Positions 11,404 to 22,971 of a DNA stretch of 64,000 nt are shown piece after piece. Both the position numbers and the translations under genes were made by a program. Numbering within the stretch: the stretch's first letter is position 1; each line of letters opens with the position of its first letter. The notes beneath the pieces are model-generated. The model saw only the letters and a program-made list of their open reading frames with translations, made no database searches and was not told where the DNA came from. The DNA comes from Scenedesmus sp. PABB004 (taxonomy: Eukaryota). Location: positions 806,001 through 870,000 of the forward strand of contig JABVCE010000014.1 in NCBI GenBank assembly GCA_014905635.1. The letters are read 5' to 3'.

Positions 11404-12087
11404 GAGCTGCCCAGCGAGTGGCGGGCGGCGCGACCAGCTCCGGCGGGCAGCTGCGGCGCCAGCGGCGCCAGGGCTCGGCGGCCGGGGCCTGGCGCTCGTG
11501 CGCGGCACGTGCGCCTGAGCTGCTCCAGCTCGGAGGCAGCTCTCACAACATCGCCTGGACCTTGCTGCGCAGTGGCGCGCGCGCCCGGCCAGCTTGGCGC
11601 CGCGCGCGCGCGTGTGGCCCGCGGGCGCCGGCGCTCGCCTGGGGGTGGCCGCGCCGCGCCGCCGGCCGCGCCGCGCGCTGGCGCTGCGCCTGCCGCCGGC
11701 GCGCCGTGCGCGCGGCGGCTGGCCCGGGCACGGGCGGGCGCACGCGGGCCGCACAGCCACACACGCCGCGCCCACCACCCGCGCACTGTTATGACAGCTG
11801 CCGGGCTGATCCTCGCCGCACACTGCGCGGGCGCTGCCGAGGGCGCGCCCAGACGTCAGCAGCTGCCAGTGTCGCACCGCGGGACAGCGCCGACGATGCT
11901 GCAGTGAGCACTGCCAGCCACCCGCGCCATGGTCTTCATGCGCCTGCCCACTGAGGGCGTGGCCGGCGGCGGCAGCGGCGGCATCGGCGCGCGCAGCGTC
12001 GCCAGCCGGCACCGCGGCCAGGGCGGCGCGGTCGCGGCGCGGCCGCTGCCGGCGCCGCTCGCGCCGGGCCGCGGGGGCGCGGGTGGC
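11404..12087 (-). repeat. Inverted repeat copy A' (~685 bp), directly upstream of GPX; includes an orphan copy of the first ~50 PPR codons (11929-12087, + strand)
   Basis: Matches the reverse complement of 4800-5491. MVFMRLPTEGVAGGGSGG... is present in both copies. Confidence 0.97.
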
Positions 12088-12614
12088 GTGCGGCGGGACT
12101 GCTGGACCAGCTGTCAGGCAGCCGGCTGCGCGCGGCGTGGCGCGCGGCAGCCGCGACCGCCGCCCGCCCGCTGCCGCCGGCAGCGCCCGGTGGCCCGGCC
12201 TGGGCGGGCCGGCGCGGCGCTCGCGGCGTCGTTTTCGCGCATCCCTACGACGGGCGCGGTCCGACGCGACCGCGGGGCGCGCCGTCCGGCCGCGCAGCAA
12301 GACGGTTGGCGCCCGGGCGCCAGCGCCGGGTGCTGCGCGCCCTGCGGCCGGCGCGGCGCGGTGCGGCGCGGTGTGTCGCGTCCGTGGCGGCACGCTGCGC
12401 TGACCGGGCGGCCCGCGGGCGTCCGGCGGCGGCGGGGCTTTGCGGGAAGCGGCTGCTGCGATGCCCTTGGCCCTCCGCCTCGTGTCCCGGCCCGACGCCG
12501 GCCCACGCCCACCCCCGGGAGCACGTCCCAATCACTTTGCGCGCCACCGAGTGCTGCCGCGAGCCTTCCGCAGCCGTCCGCGCCCGGCCGGCAGCCCCCG
12601 CGCAGCCAGGAGCC

Positions 12615-15425
12615 ATGGCGAAGCCCGTCTACATGCTCGATTTCAGTGTCTTTAAGCCGCCGGAGGAGTACAAGCTCAACCACGACGCGGGCATCGTCAA
12701 CGCCTCCAAGTGGAGCGTGAGTGTCACCGCGCCCCCGCCGCGCCCGCACGGGCGCCCGTCGCGCCCTGGCGCGCCGGAGTTGGGCGGGCTGCATTGCCCC
12801 CGCGCCCTGGGCGCCGGCGCGGGGCGCCGCGCGCAGCGCAGGCGGGGCCGGCTGGAGCCGAATGCAGCAGGCGCGGCGCGCCCGCGGGCCCAGCGCGCGC
12901 CCCGGCGCGCCGCCGCGCAGATGTTCGTGGAGGAGAACGCGCAGTTCCAGCTCAAGGTGGTGGAGAAGAGCGGCCTCAACCGCGACGGCACCTACCTGCC
13001 CCCGGCCATCCACCCCACGTTTGCTAAGGAGCCCAAGTATGACATGAAGACCGCCATGGTCGAGGCCGAGATGGTCATGGGCGGCGTCGTGGCGGACCTG
13101 CTGGAGAAGACGGGTGCGCGCGGCGCCCCGGTGACGCCGGCGCGCCGCTGCTGCTCGCGCGCCGCCCCGCCGAGCGCCGCCGCCGCCGCCCCCCGCGCAG
13201 GCATCCGGCCGGAGCAGGTCGACATCCTCATCACCAACTGCTCCATCTTCTGCCCCACGCCGAGCCTGGCGAGCATGCTGATCAACAAGTTCAAGTTCAG
13301 GCGCGACATCCAGAGCTACAACCTCGGCGGCATGGGCTGCTCCATCGGCGTCGTCGCCATCGGCCTCGTGCGCGACATGCTGCAGGTGCGCGCGCCCCCC
13401 GGCACGGGCGCACGGGCACGGCGGGGACGGGGCGGCGCGGGCGCGCGCGCGCCGCGCGCGCCGTGCGCGCGCGTGCGCGCGGCGCGGCGGCCGCAGGGCG
13501 CCGGAGCGCGCGGCGCCGCCCCGGCGCGCCGGCGGGAGCCGCGCCGGCGCGGCGCAGCAGCTGCAGCAGCAGCAGCAGCAGCAGCAGCCGCCGGGCAGCC
13601 GGCCGGCGGAGCGCCGGCCCCGGCCGGCGCGCAGCGGCCGCCCGACGCGCCGCCGCCGCCGCCGCCGCGTCGCGCCGCGCCGTGCCGTGCGCAGGCGCAC
13701 CCCAACAGCATCGCGCTCTTTGTGCCGGCCGAGATCACGACCTACTGCTTCTACCCCGGCCGCATCAAGGACTACCTGGTGCGCCCCTGGCCCCTGGGCA
13801 GCGCGGCGCGGCGCGGCGCTCGCAGAGGGGGCGAGCGGGGGCGCGCCGGCCGCGCCGGCGCGCGCCGCAGCTCCCGCCGCGCGCCGCCCGCCCGTCCGCG
13901 CGCCGCTCAGCCGCCGCCGCCCCGCGCCGCGGCGCGCCGCAGGTCGCGAACGCGATCTTCCGCATGGGCGGCGCGGCGGTGATGATGACCAACAAGCCGG
14001 CGCTGGTCAAGCGGTGCAAGTACCAGCTCACGCACGCGGTGCGCGTGCACACGGGCCAGGACGACGCGGCTTACCGCTGCATCAGCTGGGGCCCCGACCC
14101 CGAGGGCGTCAACGGCGTCTTCCTCGGCAAGGACGTGCCGCTGCAGGTGACGCGCGGCGGCGGCGCGGGCGACCGCGGGGGCACAGCGGCGGACGCTGCG
14201 GGGGCGGCCGCGGGCGGCGGCCCCGGGGGCCTGTGGGGGCGGCGGGAGGCAGGGCCCTTTCACAACGCGCGCCGCCCGCCCACGCGCCGCTCACTCACGC
14301 GCGCGCGCCTCTCAACCCACGCCGTCCACTCACAGGCGGGCATCATGCTCGAGGCGGTGATCAAGGCGATCACGCCGCGCATCATGACGTGGGGCCAGTA
14401 CGCGCAGGCGGCGTGGTTCATGTACAACAAGAACGTGCTCAAGAACCCGGCGTACAAGCGCTACATCCCAGACTACACCAAGTGCGTCAACCACTTCGCG
14501 CTGCACGCGGGTGAGCGGCGGCGCGCGGCGGCGCGGACGGGGCGCGCGCGGCGCGGGCGCGGCGGGCAGGCTGCTCTGGCAGCGGCGGCCGCCGACCCGG
14601 CGCCGCGCCGTGTCGCCTGTGTCTTGCGGCGCCGCGGCAGGCGGGTACGCGGTGCTGAAGGGCATCCAGAAGGGCATGAACCTGCCGGTCGAGGCGGTGC
14701 TGCCGAGCTTTGCGAGCCTGCGCGACATGGGCAACACGAGCAGCAGCACGACCTGGTGCGACCCCAGCGCCGCGCCGCCCGCGCACGCGGCCACAGCCCG
14801 CCCGCCCGCGCCCGGCGCGGCGGCGCTCGGACGCTTTCTAGCCCTTGTGTCGACCCTAGGTGTTGACCCCGCCTCCCGCGCCGCGCGCGCACGCGTGACC
14901 CCTGGACCCCAGGTACTCCATGGCGTACCTGGAGACGCAGGAGATGGTCAAGAAGGGCCACGTCATCATGCAGGCGCGTGGCGCTTGCGCGCCGCGTGGC
15001 GCTTGCGCGCCGCGCCCGCACCCGCAGCGGGCGGGGCTGCGGGGGGCGACTGCGACTGCCAACGGCGGCCGGCGCGCGGGCTGCGGCGCCGAGGCCGCGC
15101 GCGCCGCTCACGCCGCGCGCGCGGTCGCTGCCCCCGCGCCGCGCAGGTCGGCGCCGGCGGCGGCATGAAGGGCGGCGTCAACATGTGGAAGGCGCTGCGC
15201 GACACCGACACGCAGCACCCGTCGTGGGCGCACTGCGCGGGGCGGCCGTACCGCGACGAGGACCTGCCGCGCCGCGTGAACGAGAAGGAGGACGCCCAGA
15301 TGAAGGCGCACCTGCGGCAGGCCGAGGCCGACGCCGTCACCGACGGCAGCAAGTCGGCGATCCAGCGCGCGATCGAGATCCAGGCCAACGCGGAGAGCCA
15401 AGAGCTCGGCGTCGCCGCGCTGTGA
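12615..15425 (+). CDS. KCS: FAE1/KCS-type 3-ketoacyl-CoA synthase, copy 2, 9 exons
   Basis: MAKPVYMLDFSVFKPP; VDILITNCSIFCPTPSLASMLINKFKFRRDIQSYNLGGMGCS; HFALHAGGYAVL; GNTSSSTTWY. Shares 7 intron positions with copy 1. Confidence 0.93.
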
Positions 15426-16675
15426 GGGCGCTGCGCGCGGGCGGACGGCGGACGGCGGACGCGGCCGCGGACGGCGCGCAGCCGCGGCGCGCGCCGGCGG
15501 GCGCCGGCAGGCGCCGCGGCCGCGCCTGGCGCGGCACGGCGCGGCGCGCGCGATTCCAGTTGCCGGCTGCGGCCCCGGGCGGGCGGCAACTGCACCCTGC
15601 TGCCGGCGCCGCCGGCGCGCGCCGGCGCACCGCGCCGGCGCGTGCGGGCGGCGGGCGGCGTTGCCCGCGCCCCCGCCGGCGGCAGGCAGCAGGCAGGCGC
15701 GCGCGCGGCGCACTGGGGTCTCTCTCTCTCTCTCTCTCTCCCTCTCTCTGAGTAGCAGGCGGGCGGGCGCAGCGAACCAGGCCAGGCGAGTGTGTAGCTG
15801 CTGCGCAAGCAGCCCAGCTGGCTTTCGTGGGGGCGCGGCCGGGCGGCGCCCCTGCACAGGTAGCCGGGCGGCGGCTGCGGCGGCGGCGGCAAGTGTATAG
15901 CATTGCACGTCCTCGCGCTGCTGCGCGCGTCTGCGCACGCGGGGGGTGCGCGTCTGCGCCTGCATGTGCGTGTGTGTGTGTGTGCAGCGGCACGCCCCCG
16001 ACAACAAGCGCCGGCGGCGCGCGCCCCCGCCACCGCCGAGCTGCGCGCGCGGCCGGCGGGCCCCGCGCCAGCGGCCGCGCGCGGGCGCGTGTGCATCTGC
16101 GTCCGCCCGACATGGCAGCCGGGGGTGCCGATGCCGGCGGCGGCGGCGCCAGCACTGACCGTGACGGGCCGGCGGCACCGCGCCCCGGCCGCCCTGACCG
16201 TTGAGCGCGCAGGGTCGCGGCGCCCCGCTCGCGGCGCCTGCGCGTGCTGACACACCCGGGGCTGACGCACGCGGGCGCCATCGTTAGGCTTTGCTTCGAC
16301 CACAACTCGGTGCAGCGGCCGGGCCGCGGCCGCGCAAACCACAGGGCCGCGTGGGCGCCGCCGCGCGCGGCGCTCGCGCGCGCCATGCGCGCCGCGCGCC
16401 CGCAGCAGCGTGCAGCCCAGCCGACTGCGCTGGGCGGGGCGGCACGGCGCTCGCCCGCGTGGCGGGCGCGCGGGGGCGCCGCCACCAAAACGAGGGGCCC
16501 GGGGCCGCGGCGCGGCAAACCCAAGCAGCTGGGTTCTCGGTGTGTGCGGCGCAATGCACGGGGAGCTCAGGACTCTAGGACGGCGTGTGTAAGGCTGTTT
16601 ACCGCGCGCGAGGGAGCTCCAGCTCCCTCCCTCCCTGCCACCGCCACGGCCGCAGCCCAGCTCTGCGCGCGCGCA

Positions 16676-17116
16676 TCACGCGCCGCCCGGCTTGGGGACG
16701 GGCGCCACGGAGGACAGCTTGGCGGTCGCGGGCACGGCCGGGTCGGCGGTCACGCGGCCTGCAGCGGCGCGGCGCGGCAGCGAGACGAGCGGCCGGCGCG
16801 GCAGCGGTCAGCGGTCAGCCGGCGCGCGCACGCCGGCGCGCGCACGCCGGCGCGTGCTTGCCGCGCGTGCCGTCGCACGGCGGCGGCGCAGCAGTGATGC
16901 CACGCGCGCACCGAGCTTGGCGTAGGTGCTCCCGGCCATCGCCGCCGCCGCGTCGACCGCAAAGCTGGGCCGCGGCCGCAGCGCAGCAGCGGCGGGCGCG
17001 CCCGGTGCCGACGGCTCGGCCGCCGCCAGGCCGCGCGCCGACGCGTCGGCGGCCAGGAGCGCACTGCTGAGCAGCACCAGCACGCCCAGCGCGAGCGCGC
17101 CGCGCGGCAGGCCCAT
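16676..17116 (-). CDS. Small (~95 aa) secreted Ala/Pro-rich protein of unknown function, 2 exons
   Basis: Signal-peptide-like MGLPRGALALGVLVLLSSALLAADASA. A GT-AG intron after STYAKL leads to GRVTADPAVPATAKLSSVAPVPKPGGA*. Confidence 0.5.
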
Positions 17117-17540
17117 CCTGGCTGCTCGCGTCTCTCTGTGCAGGGCGCGGCTGCGTGCCGGGGTGGGGGCCGGGAGGGGCTGGGGGCCGTGACGGCGTGG
17201 CTGATCAACCGTGTGCGAGAGTCGGGGGGCAGCGGCGGCGGCGGCGCTGCGGGAGAGCGGGCGCCGGTCAACGACGGCCGCGCCGCAAGCGTGTGGCTTT
17301 GGGGGACCCCCACGCAGCGACGACCGGAGAGCCAGTGATCGCCGGAGCTGGCACGTGCCACGCCGGAGCAATGCGGACGCGCGCAGCAGGAGCGGCAGCG
17401 GCACCGGCCGCGGCGGCGGCGGCGGCGGCGGCGGCGGTGGGGCTTTGCAGCACAGCGGCGTACGGCGCCCCGGCCGAGCCACCACATTAGCGAGGCGCAT
17501 TCATCCGCGGCAGGGCTGGCCCGCAGTGCGCTCCCGCGCG

Positions 17541-20500
17541 ATGCAGCAGGCCGCCCGGGCGCCCCCGGGGCCCCCGCTGCAGCAGCCCTGGCGATGCCGC
17601 GCCCTGGTGCGCTGCGCTGCGGCGTGCTTCTGCCCCGCCAGGCCTCCGGGCGCGCGGCTGCGGCGCGGGCCGCGCGGCCGCCGCCGCTGCTGCTCTCCGC
17701 CTGCTGCGCCGCCGCAGGCGCAGCTGCGCAGCAACCCGCGCCAGCAGCAGCCCCGCCGGGCCTCCTCCGCACGCCGCGTGGCGGCGGCGGCGCTCAGCGC
17801 CGAGGCGCCGCCGGACGAGCAGCCGCCGGACGCGCGTCAACAGCAGCAGCAGCGCCGCCGGGCGGGGCAGGCGCCGGGGGGCTACGCGGGCCGCCTGCTC
17901 ATCAAGCACCAGGCGCCCGGGGGCGGCGGCTACGCGAGCCTGCCGAGCGCGCTCACGCAGGTGGGCAGTGCGGCGGCGTGCGCGCCCGCCGCCCGCCGCC
18001 CGCCGCCGACGGCAGCCGCCCGCTTGCCGCCGCCCCCGCGCCGCAGCTGCGCGGCGGCCTTCCCCGCGGCGTGACCGGCGGCGGGGAGCCGGGGCCGGAG
18101 CCAGGGCCAGAGGCGCTGCGACATGAGGCGGGGCCGCAGCAGCAGGAGCAGGAGCAGCCGCAGCCGCAGGAGCTGCAGCAGCAGCAGCAGCACGCGCCCC
18201 AGCCCTGGCGGCCGCGGCCGGCGCAGAGCCTGCGTGACAAGAACATGAGCTTCAGCGGCAGCCTGCGCCGCCTGGCCGGCCTGGACGGCTGGCTGGACCT
18301 GCTGGCCAGCCCGCAGTGGGGCCCCGCGCTCTCCGACCTCGACGGCGTGAGCGTCGCCGGCGCGCTGCTGTGGCTCGCCAAGAGCCGGGAGTGGGAGGCG
18401 GCGTGCCGCGGCGGCGGCGGTGGCGGGGGCGACCCCGACGGCGGCTGGCGCGAGCGCGAGCGGGGGCAGCGCGCGCTCGAGGTGCGCGCGCGGCTCGCCG
18501 GCGCGCGGCAGCGGCAGTGGGGCGCGCCCGCCGCCCGCCGGCGCCGCCCGCCGACTCCCGACGCCCTTCCTGCCCCGCCCGCCCGCAGCTGGTGCTGGAC
18601 CGCGCTGAGCAGCTGGTGCTGCAGCAGCAGCCGCCGCCGCCCAGCGGCGCCGACGGCGGCGGGGCGCGGGCGGGGAGCCGCGGCCGCCGCAGCCGGGGCC
18701 GCTCATGCGCCCCGCCGAGCTGGCCGCCGTCATCTACGCGGCCTCCAAGCTCGGGCAGCGCCGCCCGCAGCTGCTCGGCGCGGCGGCCGCGGCGCTGGAG
18801 CACGACCTTTACGCCTGCAGCACGTTTGAGCTCCACAGGCGCGCAACGCAGGGGGCAACGCGTGCAGCCGGGCGGCCGGCGCGCGGCGCGCGCGCACGCC
18901 CACGCCGCGCCCGCCGCCGCGCCGCGCCTGCGCCCGCCGCGCAGGCTGATCTGGGGCCTCGCGTCGGCGCGCGTGCGCCCGAGCGACGCCTGGCTGCTCG
19001 CGTTTTGCAAGGCGGCGCAGGCCAAGCTGTTCCAGGCGGAGCCGGCGCAGCTGGCAATGCTGGCGTACGGCCTCGCGCGGCTGGGCTTCCGGCCGCCCGA
19101 CGCCTGGGTCGCGGCGTGGCTCGAGGCGGCCGAGCCCGCCCTGCCCGGGTTCAGCGGGCAGAACCTCGCCAACGCGGCGTGGGGGCTCTCCTGCTGGCGG
19201 TGCGCGGCGCGCCGCCGCCGCGGCCGCGGCAGGCGCGCGCCGCCGCGCTCGCCGCCCGCCGCCGCGCTCACCGCGCCCACCACGCCGCAGGTTCCGCGCG
19301 CCGGAGCACTGGCTGTCGTCCCTCTACGCCGCGACGGCGGCGGCGATGCCCGGGCTCGCGCCCGTGGGCGTGAGCCAGCTCTGCCTCGCGCTCGTCACGC
19401 TCGGCGGCGGCGCGCCGCCGCCGCGGCCCTGGGTCGACGCGCTGCTCGCCGCCGCGGCGCCGCGGCTGCACGAGTACGAGCTGCTGCAGCTGTGCAACCT
19501 CGCGTCGGCGCTCGCAGCGTGGCGCGCGCCGCCGCCCGAGGCGACCATGGTGGCGCTGCTCGACGCGAGCGAGCCGCTGCTGCCCGGCGCGACGCCGACC
19601 GACCTCGCCACGCTGCTGTGGGCGTGCGACAAGTGCGGCCGCGCCAGGGCAGCCCCCTCGCCCCTCCCCCCATTCCCGGCGCGCAGGCGGCGCGTGCGCG
19701 GGCACGTGCCGCCGGCCGCGCTGCGCGGCGCGCGCCGACCCGCCCCACCCGCGCCGCGCAGGCTGTCGTTCGTGCCGCAGCAGGCGTGGCTCGAGGGCTG
19801 GTTTGCGGCCGCGGGCGCGAGCCTGCCGCGCTGCGCGCCGCAGCACCTCACCACCATCGCGCTCGTGCTCGGCCGCTGGGGCCTCGTGCCAGCGGCCGGC
19901 TTCAGTGTCGCGTACTGGCGCGTCTGCAAGGCCAGGTGCGCGGCGCGGCCGGCGGCGGCACCGGCCGCCGCGCGCCGAGCCCCGCCGCGCCGGTGCGGCT
20001 CGCGGCTCGCTGGCGTACGCGCGCTCAACCCTCCGCCACGTGCGCCCCCCTCCCGCCTGGGCCCGCAGGTTTGGCGAGTTTTCGGCGTACCAGCTCTCGC
20101 TGCTGCTCTGGGGCCTCGGCCGCGCGCGGCGCGGCGTGCCGCCGACCTGGGCGGCCGCGCTGCTGGCCCACTTCTGCGGCGAGCTGCTGCCCGGCGCGGA
20201 GCCCGACGACGCCGTGCGCGTGCTCGGCGGGCTGTCGCGCGTCGTGGTCAAGCCCGCCGGCAGCCGCGCGTGGCTGGCGGCCGAGCCCGGCGCGCGCGAG
20301 CAGCTCGTGGCGCTGGGCGCGTGGCTCGCGCCGCGCCTGCGCGGCCTCGCGCCGCGCTGGCTGCTCGTCACGGCGCTCGCGCTCCACGCCCTGCGCGCGC
20401 CGCTCGCGCCCGGCCTTCTCGACGAGCTCCAGGCCGCCGCGGCGGAGCTGGGCGAGCGGCTCACGCCGCAGCAGCGGCGCCAGCTGGTGCAGGTGTTCTC

Positions 20501-20561
20501 GCAGCTGCAGCGGCAGCAGCAAGACGGCGACGCGGCGGCCGCGGCGGCGGAGGCGCCATAG
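17541..20561 (+). CDS. Octotricopeptide repeat (OPR) protein, probably an organellar RNA-binding factor
   Basis: Repeated ~38-aa units with PPxxW and L..L.W.LA motifs: LAMLAYGLARLGFRPPDAW, FSGQNLANAAWGL, FSAYQLSLLLWGLG..VPPTW. TGTAA at 20582. Start codon and splicing around 18590-18700 are uncertain. Confidence 0.85.
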
Positions 20562-20581
20562 CGCGCGGCGCGGCGTGTCGG

Positions 20582-20586
20582 TGTAA
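20582..20586 (+). promoter_or_regulatory. TGTAA chlorophyte polyadenylation signal for the OPR gene
   Basis: TGTAA about 20 nt after the TAG stop. Confidence 0.6.
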
Positions 20587-20721
20587 CAGCGCACCGCCCC
20601 CTCGCGCCCGCCCCCTCACGCTCGCGCCGCGCACAAAATCGGCGCGCAGCGGGTGCCTGCCGCTGCTTCTCGCCTCGCCGCGCTGGCAACAATTGTTGCG
20701 GCTGGTGCCCGCCCGCCGGCG

Positions 20722-21266
20722 TCATTGCTGCTGCTTGCCCGCCGGCCCCTGCTGCCCCTGCTGCTGCTGCTGCTGCTGCTCCTGCTGCTGCTGCGCCGCC
20801 AGCCGCTCCGCCTCCTCCAGCGTCAGCCGCGTGCGCCGCTGCCCGCCCGCCTGCATGTCCTGGTACGCCGCCTCGTCGATCTGCGCGGCGGCGACGGCGG
20901 CGGCGGCGGTGAGGCGCGCTGCACGGCGCTCCGCCGCTGGCGCTCGCGCCGCCGCGGCCGCGGGCTGCGCCAGCGTCTTACGTTGTCCATCGCCTTGGAC
21001 ACGAGGGCCGCGCCGATCGCCGTCGCCGCCATCGTCGCGCCCACTGCGGCGCCGGGGCGGGCGCGCGCGCGGGCCGGCAGTGAGCGGGGGAGGCGCGCCG
21101 CGGCGCGGCGCGGCCGCAGGCGGCGGCAGCGGCGCCGCCGCTGCTCGCGCGCCGCGCCGCGGCCGCCGCAGCGCATGCGGCGCCGCCGCCGCGCACCCAG
21201 GCTCGCCGCCTGGCCGAATGACACCCAAAACGTGGCGGCCTCGGCCGCCTCCTGCACGTCCGGCAT
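20722..21266 (-). CDS. Small (~96 aa) single-pass membrane protein with Gln-rich tail, 3 exons
   Basis: Spliced in frame with GT-AG introns: MPDVQEAAEAATFWVSFGQAASL|VGATMAATAIGAALVSKAMDN|IDEAAYQDMQAGGQRRTRLTLEEAERLAAQQQ... Confidence 0.6.
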
Positions 21267-21565
21267 GCTGCTGCTGGGGAAGTGCTGCTGCTGCTGCTGC
21301 TGGTCCCGCTGCTGCTCGGCGAGCGCGAGGCTTGGTGGTGCGGCGTGGTGTGCGAGCCGGTGGAGAGCGCAGGCCGTGGCACTCTAACTGTCACTGCGCT
21401 AGGCGGCCTGGCGCCCTGCTCGCGGCTCGGTCGCCCGCCACGCGCAGTCCCCTGCGCAGCCACGGCAGGCTTGGTCTCGTGAGCGCCGCACGCGCTGCCG
21501 TGCGCCCGGCGCGCGGCGCGGGCTGCCAACAGCAGGGGCGAGCGTGCCCCTCACCTCCAGCACCA

Positions 21566-22971
21566 ATGGCGCTGCGGCCGCTCAAGCCGGCGGCCCAGCC
21601 GAGCCTGCTGGCGCGGGCGCTGGCGCTGGGCCTGGCGCCCGTGGTGTGGGGCCTCGCGCTCGCCGCCTGGGGCGCCGGCGTCGCGCGCGCGGCGCTCGGC
21701 CTGCCGCTGCGCGCGGTCGTGGGCTGCCTGAGCCTGGCCGACAGCCTGCTCTGCGAGGTGCTGGCCTTCCTCACCCGCGGCGAGCACACGGGGCGGCGCG
21801 CGCAGGTGCGCACTGCGCGCCGGCGCGCGCAACCGCCGCCGCGCCGCCGCCGCGCCGCGGCTCACCGCCGCCACGGCCGCTGCCGGCAGATCGGCTCCTA
21901 TGAGCACGAGATTGCCTCGCTGCAGCAGGCCAACAAGGCGGCGCAGCGCCAGATCCTGGTGCGCCGCCGCGGCCGGCGGCAGGGGGCGCGCGCGACGCGG
22001 CGGCGGCGCTCCGCGCGAGGGCGGCCAGCGGCGCCCCTCGCCGACGCCCCGCCCGCGGCGCCGCGCCGCGCTGCCCGCAGCTGCTGCAGAACGAGCTGGA
22101 CGGCGCAAAGCTGGACAAGAGCCAGGCGCAGATCAGAGCGATGCAGGTGGGCGCTGGCTGGGAAGCTGGGAAACCGACCCGGCCCAGCTAGCCGGCCGCC
22201 GGCGCCGGGCCCGTTGGCAGGCGGTCGCACCAGGCGCCCTGCCCCGCCCGCCGCCCGCCGCCCGTGGCCCCTCCACCGCATCGCCGCATCGCCGCCGCGC
22301 CCGCCCGCCGCGCAGCTGTCCGACAGGCTGGGCTTGATGCAGCAGCGCGTGGCCAAGGCCGAGGCGGCGGCGCGCGCGGCGGCGGCCGCGGCCGCGGCGG
22401 CCGCCGACGGCGACGCGCCGGAGCAGCAGCCGTACGCCTGCGGCGCCGACGGCGACGGCGACGCGCCGGCCGGCGAGGAGTTTTACCAACCTCCAGCGCA
22501 CCGCGGCCGCGGCGGCGTGGCGTATGACGGGCGCGGCTGGTACCTGCACGCGTGCGTCGGCCTCGCCGCCGTGGGCGTGCGCTGGTGGCTGCTGCACCAG
22601 ACCGACCCGCTGCAGCGCAAGGTCATGCTGGTCATCATCTGGCCGGTGAGCCCGCACCCCGCACCCGCACCCGCCCGCCGCTGCCCGCCGCGCCGCCTCC
22701 GCCCGCCGCGCCGCGCTCGCCCCGCGGCGGCGCCAGCCCCTGGCGCGCGCGCTGTGGGCGCCGACGCGTGCCCGCGCCCGCCGCCGCCGCCGCCGCCGGC
22801 GCCGCCGCTGCGCAGGTGGCGTGGGTGTACGGCGCGATGGTGTTCAACTGCCTGCCCCGCAGCTCCACGCTGCGCGCGAGCCTCGCGTGCTGCTGCTGGG
22901 CGCTGCTCGGGTACATCGCCCACGAGATGGTCACCCACTCGGTCAAGCAGCGCGCCGGCGCCGGCGGCTGA
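21566..22971 (+). CDS. Hypothetical membrane protein with central coiled coil, 5 exons
   Basis: Hydrophobic N-terminus; coiled coil IGSYEHEIASLQQANKAAQRQIL|LLQNELDGAKLDKSQAQIRAMQ|LSDRL; about three C-terminal hydrophobic segments; canonical in-frame introns. Confidence 0.7.

Noticed and set aside
4800..12087. DNA transposon with long TIRs carrying captured genes
   Set aside because: No transposase and no target-site duplication seen, and the repeat contains host gene 5' sequence. Inversion-associated duplication explains it better.
18482..18705. Apparent frameshift in the OPR gene
   Set aside because: An in-frame acceptor at 18690-18692 resolves it by splicing.
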